Assembly (NCBI GenBank): GCA_963575745.1
Contig: CAUYUJ010000081.1
Span: 186,001-250,000 of the forward strand
Direction of reading: 5' to 3'
DNA length: 64,000 nucleotides
From: Prorocentrum cordatum
Lineage: Eukaryota
This document shows, piece by piece, positions 38,959-50,139 of this stretch. The position numbers and the translations under genes were made by a program. The notes below the pieces were generated by a model. It had not been told where the DNA came from. It worked only from the letters and a program-made list of their open reading frames with translations, and ran no database searches. Position 1 is the first letter of the stretch. Every line of letters starts with the position of its first letter.

Positions 38959-39279
38959 CGCATCAAGCATAATCCGCACCACGGATCGACGGTTCAGCCA
39001 CGCACCAAGGTACAATGAATGACCGTTCGGCCCCCTCACTCTGATATTAGAGGCTTAGCCGAGAAGTGTGGCGGGCCCACTAAGCAACATTCTTGGCCAT
39101 GTAACCAGAACGCAAAGATCTTCACCCAAGGCGGAAAGAACTGACTCTCGAACCAATCCCGTGGCGTCAAATGTTGTGCTGGCTCCTGGCGTCGGCAATG
39201 GCGTTCCTGCAAGCTGCGAATGCGGTTGGTCCTTTTGTGGATCGACCGACCCGCCTCGAGGAGCCGTGCGGACGCCACG

Positions 39280-39720
39280 CCGTCTGAGCCGAGGGTCAAA
39301 CCGTAAGAGGGGACGCCCACAGATCGCTATGTGAAAGCAACTGGCGAAGGTGGCCCCCCAAAACCGCGCTCGCCGAGGCGAGGCGGTGCTTTGGTGCTCC
39401 TGTGTAGTAGGGTCTCCCTGCCTCTCTGTTTGGCTCAAACGCTGCCTCTGGCGGTTGTTTGAGGCCGTCTGGGCTCTATCCCCGGCTGGCCCGTTCGGTG
39501 CGTTTTGCCGTGCCTGCAAGCTGCGACTTTGGTCGGTCCCATGTTGGATCGGCCAACTCGCCTTGCGGTGCCGTGCTGTCGCAACGCTGACTGAACCGAG
39601 GGTCGAACCGTGCGGGGGGACGCCCATAGCTGGCTCTGTGCTCACAACTGGCGAAACCGGCTCCCAAAGCGGCGCTCGCCGAGGCGAGGCAATGCTTCAG
39701 TGCTCCTTTGCTGGCAGTGC
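39280..39720. repeat. Diverged direct duplication (~115-bp units ~310 bp apart)
   Basis: CCGAGGGTCRAACCG..GGGGACGCCCA..CAACTGGCGAA..GCGCTCGCCGAGGCGAGGC at ~39288 and ~39595. Confidence 0.7.
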
Positions 39721-42700
39721 TGACCCTGCCCAAGTGTACTGGGGGACGTTAGTTGCTGACCTCGCGAGTCCCCAAAGCAACTGTTCCTTCCCAGGCCGTC
39801 CACCCTGGGCCTGGCAGTAGCTCATGTCAAAAAGCCCTCCCCAATCTCCCCTGCATCCAACACTTCCTCCCATCATGCCGCATCGGGGAAACGAAAAAGT
39901 CGGGTTCGGGGGACTCGGGTTTGCCCAGCAGGGCTGTCAGGAACATGACGACACCAAATCTGAAATTTGACGCGAACTCCCGCTGCAGACATCCCACGAA
40001 CACTGGACCGTCAAAATGCGGAAACAAGCCCGTCACAGAGAGTCGGCAAATCCGAAAATCGGGCGAACTCGGCTCTTACGTTGACCCTCTCCGAGATCCC
40101 CGCCGAGATCTCGACACGGCTTGCTGGAAGGGGACAGTCCAACAGGCCTGGCGACGCGTGACCAAATCGGTCAAACCATGGACAACCCTGACGGAAGCGA
40201 GATAACGGCGACAGCACTGGCGACAGCGGCGGCGAAGGCGGCGGCGGCGGCGACGACGATGAAAGACTACCTTTTCCGCCTCGCCTCCATTCCGCGCGAG
40301 AAGGCTGTGGGCTAGCCGCCGCCGATGCCCCGCGCCGCCAAGGAAGGCGCGCGCCAAGCGACGGGCCAGCGAGGAGGCGGAGGGGCAGGGGGTTAGAGCC
40401 GCAGGGGGTACCGGCCGCGCGCTTGGACGCGAAAGGATGCCGAGCAGGATTCGGTCACCAGCGGGCTGAAGCAGACACCAACAGGCCAGGATCTGATCAC
40501 CGCTGGCCACGAACGCTAGCAGGCGGCACGAAGCGGAAGATAGGGTTTCACCATATCGTCTGGATGCCCGAACTGGGCACGAGAAACATGGGATGTGTTT
40601 GTGTTACGGAAGTCAATCTAGCCAAATTGTTGGCAGGCTAGCGGCAAATAGCAGCACATAGCGGCAAACGACTAGCGGCACATTAGCGGCGCACGCCCCG
40701 CACGAACCGTCTACCAATCACTCCCTTTCCAAACGTCTACAAAGCGCGTTTTTTTCCCCAGCTTTTCATCTCCAAACCGCTGCGGGTCACACAAATATAC
40801 GTCGGCCCCGGGCCTAGGCTGGCGGCGCGCAAAGGGGGGCAAGCGGTCATTTTTGAGAAGACAAATGGGATTCGCAAAAAGGATCGGAACCATCTGGGCA
40901 AGCGTCGAAGAAGGCCCCCAAAAGGAAGATGAGCTCACAAAAACATCCCACCAACCATTGTACCAGCCCGCGCTAACACCTTCGCGCCACCCGCATCTGT
41001 CGGGTGCGCCACGAGGGGCGGCATTGAAGAGTGGGGGTTGCGCACTGCGTCGCGGCCCATGAAATGTGCTCGGGCGAGGGGCGGCCAGTCAGCGCGCAGC
41101 TACTAAGAGGAATCTGGGAAATACCATGGCACCAGCCATGATATCCACTCACTTTCTGCGCCGGCGGCTGGGCGGAGGGCGACTGCTCCGGCGGAGTGGA
41201 AAGGGGACACGCTGTGCAAATTAAGGCCGCAATGCACGGAAGGAAAAAGAAGAACCCCGGCGCGACAGGAAGAGAGGAACCCGGGCCACTCAGAGCTGCC
41301 GGCATCGGCTAGGGGAACGCTGAGGGGGGGAACAGCGCTGAAGCAGCGACGCACTGAGCTGAAGCTGGGGGGAGGGCAGCATGAAGCCGCAGCTGGCGGT
41401 GGGAAACACAACAAAGCAGAGCCCAGACCAGTGAACCGAGCAGTCCAGGGATGGGCCAGCGCGCCGAGACCTGCGGGCCTACGAGGCGAGCGCGGGGAGG
41501 TGGAAAACGCATTGGCCCGACAGGAGCTGCCGACCGCGGCGGGGGGGAGCGCCGCAAATGGCAACCAGCGCCGGCACTCGCTGAGCTGAACAGGGCTGAC
41601 GCCGGGGGAAAAGCAGCACTGAGCTGCAGCTGAGGATGGAGACGCACAGCGCAGCAGAGCCCCGACCCAGTCAACCAAGGCACGGTCCAAGGATGAACCG
41701 ATGCGCCGAGACCCGCGGGCATGCGAGGCGCAGACAAGGAGGGGTGGGTGACAAGCGACGGCACCGCGCAGCACTGAGCGGCACAGGGCAGAAGCGGGGG
41801 CAGGCAGCCCGCGGAAGGGCGGCGGCATGGGGCGCAGGAAGAGCAAAGCAGAGCCTCAACCCGTCGCCGAGGGGAGAGCGCCCCGAACGTCGGCAACGGA
41901 GGGGAACGACAGGACCAGGAGGACCGACGAGGCGCAAGCGTGGCAGAGAGAGACAGCCTGGCGACGCGCAGCGGCGCGGCAGGCCAGGGGGAGATGGAGC
42001 AGAGCGACGCCAAGCGGAGGAGCGGCGGGCCCAGGGCGCAGGCGGGACGACAGCCGACACCACGGCGCGCCTGGCCAGCGGCGAGGCGAGGAGGCCCGGA
42101 GCAGGCGACGCACAGCGACAGCGGATGCCGAAGCCAAAACAGGCGAGCGCCGAGCCGGCCACGCCCTACGGGGGAGCGGCGGGCCCGGCGGAGCGAACGA
42201 GGTGGACTCGAGGCAGCAGGCCAAATTGGCGATAACCGACAGCGGCGAGGGGCCACGGGAGCAACGGCGGCCAGACACCCGTCGCCAGCGCTACTTTGGT
42301 CGCCGGGCGCACATCACCTCTTATAACCTACGTTATAACTTCTTGCACGATTAGGCGCTGATCAGTTGAGTATATGTTGAAATCTGTTTCCAACGTCAAT
42401 ACATCCGAAACTAAGTACGATCGCATCCAGATAACATGTCCGCTAAGTGGCACTACTGGTAGGCTTGTTGTTAAGTAGTTTATAACTGGCCGTAAGTGTT
42501 CATAAGTGGTACCTGTGTGTTTTATTGCGTTGCTTACAAAAACGTCCTGCTCGAATGTACTTCGCGATTTTGATCGCTCGTCGAGGCCGCGCGGCGGCCT
42601 ACCCCAAAACTATGTGGGCATGTGCACGCGCGAAGCGCTGATATGTATGTGTATATATATACACATACATACTGGCCGTGCCATGCGCGATGCGCTTGTA

Positions 42701-43249
42701 TATACACAGCCGTCCTATTACTTCATGCGTCTGGGTTGCGGCGGCGACGACGGACAACGGCGTCGACGACGCCGAAACGAGCACGACGACGAACGACGAC
42801 GAGGGGCGACAGTGACGACGACTGCGGATGGACGATGACGACCGAGCAGGCTAAAATGCCTAACCGAATCAGGTCGGCGGAATGGCGGCGCAGCCTTGAT
42901 ATAATAGCGTGGTACTTATATGTGTATATATACCGCCGCAAAGCACGGCATATCGCAGCATAACCTTGCGTGCATGGCTCAGCATAGCACATAGCACAGC
43001 ATAGCACATAATAGCCCAGCATCGCGCAGCACAGCACAGCATAGCATGCCAAGCCGCAAGGGGTCGGCGGCATGGCGGCGCAGCCTCTTTAGCTCGGCGC
43101 TTTATATCCGTCCTGCCCAAACGTGGGTGGAGGAAGAGGCCCTCCTCCCCCCTGCCCTCCTCCTCCTCCTCCTCCTCCTCCTCCTCCTCCTCCTCCTCCT
43201 CCTCCTCCTCCTCCCTCCGCCCCCCCCCGCATTTTTCCCGGCTGTTGTC

Positions 43250-43305
<56 letters not shown>

Positions 43306-43866
43306 TCCTCCTCCTCCTCCTCCTCCTCCTCCTCCTCCTCCTCCTCCTCCTCCGTTCCCTTCTCCACCCCCCTCTGCCCTCTTACCCCCGCCTCACTCTC
43401 GCTTTCCAGCGGCGGCGGCAGCGACGACGACCGCGACGACGACCTCGATCTCCAACGGAAATCCGCCCAAGGGTCGGAGTCCCGGGTCCCGTCCTGAAGG
43501 GTCCCTTCCAGGGTCCTGGGTCTCATCCTGATGAGTTTTCCGAGCCGCAGCCAGCCGCTGCGACGAGAGACGCCGACGACGCGCTCAGGGAGGATCAATC
43601 GAGCTCACGGGCCTGACCGAGCTCATGGGCGCCCCATGGCGGGGATTGGGCCAGGGCAAGGACAGGACTGGACGAGCATGATTAGGAAGGATTTCACTCT
43701 CGCAGAACTCCTGAGGTGAGCCTTCAGGAAAACCAGCAAATCAAAGCTGCCTGAGGTGAGCCTTCAGGGAAATCGAATCCACGACGCCGAGGCGCGAGCA
43801 TCTGTCAGTCGGCTCGCACGCGTCAAACACGCGAACTCTCGAAACTCAGCGCAGCACAAAACAAAC

Positions 43867-44170
43867 TCAAACGTTGCAGAACTCACGAAGCTTCTTCCAA
43901 GAAGCGCGGGCGGTAGACTCGTCCTCCGCGAACCTGAATTTCTTGTCGGGCCTCTCTCCCGGCATGAGCGCCCGCCACGCTTTCAGGGCCATGTCTGTAT
44001 GCACCTTGTACTCGCGAACGAATACTGGCGCAGCTGGCTCGGTCGGAAGCCCGGGGAAGGTGACCCTGGAGCGGTACTCTGATTACTCTTTTGCAATTTT
44101 TTTGATGACGGCCTTTGCCTTGGCCTTAGCCTTGGCCTTGGGGCACTTGGCGGCGGCTTTCGGGTGTGAA
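43867..44170 (-). pseudogene. 3' fragment of an ORF: KA-repeat basic tract plus a possible AP2-like DNA-binding domain
   Basis: My translation: KAAAKCPKAKAKAKAKAVIKKIAKE*SEYRSRVTFPGLPTEPAAPVFVREYKVHTDMALKAWRALMPGERPDKKFRFAEDESTARASWKKLREFCNV*. Confidence 0.4.
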
Positions 44171-45992
44171 GGACCTCGTGGTGACCTCGAAATCCCCATC
44201 GACCTCGGAGGCCGTAATCGCCCGAGACGTCCTCGGAGAACGATCCGAGTACCAACACCGTGCGGTGACCCCGATTCCCCACTGACTCACCAGGCGGTAT
44301 GGTCACCGCACCACTTGGGGGCACCCGAGATTCGCGCGCCGCGCGGATCAGAGACAGGCCCAGCCGAGTTCGGCGCGGGTGCCCTCCTCTGAGAGGGAAC
44401 GATAGGAAGGGCTGGCTGGGGGGGGGGGGCATCGAGCTGGAATTGGCGATACACAGCCCGTAGATCGGCGATGGGCCCCCGATAGCGAATCCGAACGCTC
44501 CTGGGGAGGTTGGGGCTACCAGACCCCTATCGGCCATCAGTGGGCGATTGGGCATCGATGCGTTCCCCTGTGAGCCCATAGAGGCCTCCCAAATGGGATC
44601 CGAGTAGACGCGGTCGGAAGATCGCGCCGCATCGTCAATGTATCGCCCATGCACTGGCGATGCATCGGCGACGTCGGCGGTGCATCGGCGACGCCAGCGT
44701 GGAGACAATCGGGCTCCACATCGAGCCGCATCGCCGATGCATCGGCGATGCGGCGTAATCCTCCGGCCCCATATACTCGGACCACATCTTTCAGGGGTAT
44801 TGGGGAGAGGGGAAGGCTTCTTTTAATGAGGCTGCTTCTAAGACGCCCCCCCCCTCCCCCATACCCCTCCCTGCGCGTGGCCGAACATCTGGGAGGCCCA
44901 GGCACCATCCCCCCCTAAGGGTACCCCTGATCCTTCGGCCTCGGGCTGCGGGCCGGCGCCGCCGCGCGGGCCATGCGCCCCGCGGTGGCGGCGCCCCGCG
45001 CGTCACTGCCGCGACTCGGGGAGGAAGACCAGCGCGGCGAGCACAAAGGTGAGGGCCAAGGCGGCCTCCGCGGGGGGGGGACACTTGGTGGTGGCCCTTG
45101 GCGCCTGCAGGTAGGAAGGTCAGAGTTGCGGAGGTACGTTGGCACCCCTTCCTACGGCCGTCTTCGTTGACTGAAAGACTGTTGGGAGGGACTCGGCCCC
45201 ACCTGGTGCCTAGTGGCGGCATGGTGGATTGGTGTGCTGATGGGTGCTGATTGGAGTGCTGATGGGTGCTGATGGTGGATTGGTGTGCTGATGGGCACAG
45301 CCGAAGTTCCTTATGCCCCAAACTGTTTTAATCGGAAGCCCCGACGAACACGGGCGCGACGATCGGTATAGGCGGGACGCGCTGGGTGCGGGGCGCACGA
45401 GGGGCAGAAGAAGAAGGGGACGGCCGCAGAGAGGGGGAAAAGGGGGAAGGGCCCGATCGCCAAGAATCGGCGAGCGGGGGAAGCGCAGGCGGCCTCAGGT
45501 ACCGAACGGGGTGTAGAACAAACGGTGGACAGTGGAGAGCATGCCGTGGAAGAGCAGAACGGCCAGGCGAGGACGAGCCCTGTGCGCCAAACAATAGGAA
45601 CAAACAATAGCGACAGCACCTCCACCAGGGACCACCAGTGAGAGGAGCCAGGAGGGGTCCCCCTGGTGATCCCACCTTCATCCCCCATCCCCAGCTCGGG
45701 GAGGCATCGTGGACCTCCTTGCTGGAGCTTGTGGAGTCGCTTCTCCTCCCACGAAACAGTGCTTGCACGTGGGGGCTCTTACGAATATCTGATCAGCTGG
45801 GTGGACTCAGCGAGGCTTCGCCACTCTGCCGCCCGTTGCCGCCTCGTTCCCGCCTCGTGCGCTGGGTGGGTCCGGCGAGGTGTCGCAACGTTGCTCCCTC
45901 GTTGCCGCCTCGTGCGGTGGGTGGGTCCAGCGAGGTTTCGCCACGTTGCCGCCCGTTGCTGGTTCGTTGCCTTATCTAGCTTGCACCACGTA

Positions 45993-46822
45993 TCCGCCAC
46001 CGTGCCCTTGAGGCACGAGTTTAAGTGTCGTCGTCAGGTCCCATGTTTGACCCCCCTGGAGCCTCAGTCCTCAATCCTGAAAATTCTGTACGGGGCCTGG
46101 ACACCAAATTCTCTAATATTCCAGGCTTCCCCGAGTGCTGTCGCATGACTTTTTCGGTGCCAAGAGGGGCCCAAGACGGGCCAAGAGACCCGCAAGAGCC
46201 CCAGACGGTCCCAGAGGGCCCCGAATCCTCGCACGATCGGTCCAAGACACCCAAAACGACCCCAAGACGGTCCAAGAAACCTTCGAGGCGCCTCAGCTCC
46301 AAGAGTCTTCCCAAGAGGGCCCCAAAAGGCCACAATCATTCATTTCCCGTAGGTCGTTCAACATATGTTTGGGGTCCTCTACTTTTCGAGCTTCCGACGC
46401 TTCAAGACGGTCCGAGAGGCCCCCAAGACCACCCCGAGACGGCCCAAGAGGCCCCCAAGAGGGCTCCCAGACGGCCCAAGAAGGATCCAAGGCGGCCCAG
46501 GAGAGATCCAAGGGTGCCCACGAGGCGCCCAAGGCGGCCCACGAGGACCCAAAGACAGCCCCGAGAAGGACCCAAGAGGGCGACCCCGAAACGAAAAGCA
46601 GGGTCTTCCGCTCCCAGGAGTCCCCAGGAGGCTCCGAGGAGGCCCCCAAAGGCCCCCCATGAGGCCGCCATGAGGCCGCAAGAGACCCTCACGAGGTCCC
46701 CAAGACCCCACGAGGCTTCAAAACGGCCCCCAACAGACTCTCCGCGACATCCCACTGTACGTCCTAGAGGCCTATAACCCACAACCCAGGCACGGTGGCA
46801 GGATGGGCCGAAGGCCATTAGA
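45993..46822 (+). mobile_element. Non-autonomous asymmetric-TIR element H4
   Basis: Left TCCGCCACCGTGCC with an imperfect hairpin (CGTGCCCTTGAGGCACG). Right GGCACGGTGGCAGG (46789-46802) followed by GGCC-GAA-GGCC (46806-46816) and ATTAGA. Confidence 0.75.
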
Positions 46823-48670
46823 CTTTCCGCCCTATCTGGTCTTGCCACAGGGGTGCGTGCCGAATGTCTGGCAGGTTGTTTTGGTTATTTTTGTTGCGAA
46901 CTCCCAGTAGGATAGCTCCCAAATCTTGGCCTCATCGGCTTCAAGACGACCAAGATAGCCCAAGATGGTATCCAAGATGCCTCCAAGACGGCCGAGATGG
47001 CACCAAGACAGCCAAAGATGGCGCCAAGATGGCCTCAAAGACGGTCCCACTATGCCTCCAAGACCGACAAGACGGTCCAAGAGAGCCCAGGACGGCCCAA
47101 TAAGCCTCCAAGAGGTCCGACAGAAAGGCCCGAATAGAACAAATTCGCTGACTTCCCTGTGGCGTTTCAAAGATTCTGGCATTTGCTGCAAAACGGCCTT
47201 CCGACGGCGCAAGACGGCCCAGGAGGCCCCCAAGATTGCCCCAAGATCGCCCAAGAGGCCTCCAAGAGGGCCCCGAGATGGCTCAACCGGCCGCCTCTCC
47301 CGCGGCACGCGGCCGCGTGGGGCGCGCGGCGAGGCAGGGGTCTGCTGCGAACAGCGCCAAGACAGCCGCAAACCCGCGGCTCCTGAGACGGCTCCCAACT
47401 GGCCCCAAGAGGGCCCGAGAGGCTTCCAAGACGCCCAAGATGGCCTTCAAGACGACCTTGCATCCCCCCAAGAGGATCCCAAGACGGCCCAGAGAGGCTC
47501 CCCAAATGGCTTCCGACAGCGTCACACGGGCCAGGATCGCCGTAAGGCCGCCAAAGAGGCCCCTAAAAGCGCCAAAAGGCCCAGATGAGGCCCAAGGAAG
47601 CCCCCAAGAGGCCTCCAAGAGGCTCCCAGGAAGCTCCCAGGCCCCAAGAATGACCCAAGAAACTCCAAAAGGTCTCCTCATCCTTCTCCTCATCCTCCGT
47701 GTTCCTCCCTCCCCTCATCCTCTTCCTCCCCCGCGTGTTCCCCGAAGGGCTTCCACAACGGTTTAGGGAACGCATGGTCCAATAGCGTGGCCAAACTTTG
47801 CCCCAACGTCTGGCCACATAGGCTATCCTAGAAGGCAAAGGGGGAGATAATTCGCCGTGGGCGCCTTCGATAATGCATCACATCGTGCAATAATTTTCGG
47901 GTGTCGGCCTCCGCGTGCTCTCGGAGCCCTCGCGCATCGGCGAGAGCGCTCCAGTGATGCCTGGATCGTCCCGAACGGCCGCCAGAAGCTCGAACTATGA
48001 CCCGAATGCTTGGACGTCCGAAATGGGTACGGAAAAATAAGTACGAAACTCAGCAAGAACTGTTGTCCAAAAGCGACAGCGACCGCTGTTGGGCAGGCGG
48101 CCTTCTGTCTCAAATGGGCATCGTCTGCGGCGGCATCGACAGCGACTCATGTTCACAATGAACTGGAAATGCTGTCGGTCTTTGTACCTATTCCTCCCGT
48201 ACTTAACGAGAAAAAGTCACGCCTCAGCCAGGGCGGTCTCCACCAATGGGGGAGGGGGATCGCCAGTCTCCGCCAGGGCGGCGACCGCCAGCAAGGGTGG
48301 GTGGGCATTCTCGCCGGACCACCCTGCGCTCAGCGTCGCTGGACCTGCTGCCCTCCCGTCCTGGAGGTCGCTGATAACAGGCGCGATCAAGGTCGGGTTC
48401 TACTGGCTTTGCGATCGCGACTTGGCATGGCACTGCAATTCCACCAGCCCCAAGCCGGTGCTCGCCCCCCTCTCCTCCCGCCTCTTCTTCTGCATGTCCT
48501 TCTCACTCCTCTCGGTCCTCCTCCGTCTCCTCCTTCTGTTGGGTGACGGCCAATGCCAGGTCGCACACAGTCCTCGACGTGGTCGTCGTCTTCGTGGTAG
48601 TGGTCGCCCTCGCCGTTGTCGGCGTCGTCGTCACCCTCGTGGAACACGTTAGGTGCATCACAGTCATCAT

Positions 48671-48795
48671 TCGCCACCGTGCCTCTGGGCACAGAATGGG
48701 CGTATCCTCAGGTCCTTTGCGTACTCCCAGTAGCCTCAGTCCTCAGTCATACGGAATATTTCAGGGGCCGGACACAAAATTCCAAAATCTACCGG
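48671..48795 (+). mobile_element. Left end of a further H1/H4-family element (right end not found)
   Basis: TCGCCACCGTGCCTCTGGGCAC followed by ~100 bp similar to the H4 head (GCCTCAGTCCTCA..GGACAC), then (CAT)n. Confidence 0.6.
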
Positions 48796-50139
48796 TATCA
48801 TCCTCATCATCAACACCACCACCATCATCACTATCATCACCAGCATCATCATCATATATCGCCATCACCATCACCATCACCCTCACCATGATCATCATTA
48901 TCGTCATCACCATCACCAGCACCCTCACCATGATGATGATCGTCATCATCGCCATCATCATCAGCATCAGCATCAGCATCAACACCATCTCCTCCATGAC
49001 CATCACCATCATCGTCATCTTCACCATCATCGTCATGTTCACCACCACCACCAACACCATTACCATCACCATCATCGCTCTCATCTCTGTATTGGGCCCG
49101 TCGAGAACCTAGTCACTGTGGCTGCCACAACTCTCCGACTGGCTGGGAACTGAGCAGGCCCGGCAACATCCCGCGCACTTCCCGGCCAGCACGGGCAGAC
49201 CACCTCGGCAGGCGGGCCGCGCGCGGGCCCGCGGCGCCTCCTCCGTCCCGGGCTCCTGCTGCATGTCCACCTCTGCCCGGCGAGCGGGCGCGGCGGGCGG
49301 CAGGAGAGCAGCGGCAGAGGCGGGGCCGCCCCTGCCTCGTGCTCCTCCACCTCATGCACCTGCTTGTCTCACAATTCTTCCACAGGGCCTGATGTCATGG
49401 CGCAATACAACGCGTGCCCTTACAGGCCGGGAAAGGCACTGCGATTGCAGAAAAACCTCAACTGCGATTGTAAACATGCCTCAGAAAACGTGGCTTCCGC
49501 ACTGGCACCTGCCATTTGTCGAAAGACAGCGATTTCGAGATTCCAAGCGACATCTGTGCACATTCGCAAACTAACTTTGCGTACCTAGTCACCTCTGAAA
49601 CCCACGTCTCTCATGGTGTGCCTTCCCCAGATAAGATAGCTCCTTGATGATGATTTCGTGCTTTGGAGGAGAAGCCGGCAGGCGAGGGCAGGCCAGCTTC
49701 CTGTAATCTCGAACATATCGAGCAAAGACGACACGGAGAATTGTAGGAAACTGCGAGCCACGCTTTCCTACAATCGGGTCGGCCACGAATCACCCCTACC
49801 TAACATGCCGAAGCCTACATCACCATTGCATACCATTGCCTACGTCGCCATTCGCGTGTCTACGGTTCCTCTTCACGCCTGCCGGGCAAGCATCGCCACA
49901 GCGCCTCGCTTGAAACTGCAACTTGTCCCGGAAGCGTTTTCCTGCTCGTTCCCAGTGCGTGTGCCGCAAGCCTTTGAGCAACTCCTTCGCAGCGCTTCCT
50001 GGACTCGTGCGCAGCTCTAACTCAAAGCGTGCACTGTGCCTGGGCATGCTGTCAAGCTTACTTGCAAGCGTCCAGACTGCGCTGCTATCCAGGTGATGCA
50101 TTACAAAAGCTCTCCCGCTCGGAACCAGAAGTTTGTCCG

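Noticed and set aside
44090..44170. DVNP or histone-like gene suggested by the KAKAKAK tract
   Set aside because: No DVNP core motif follows, and the downstream domain is different.
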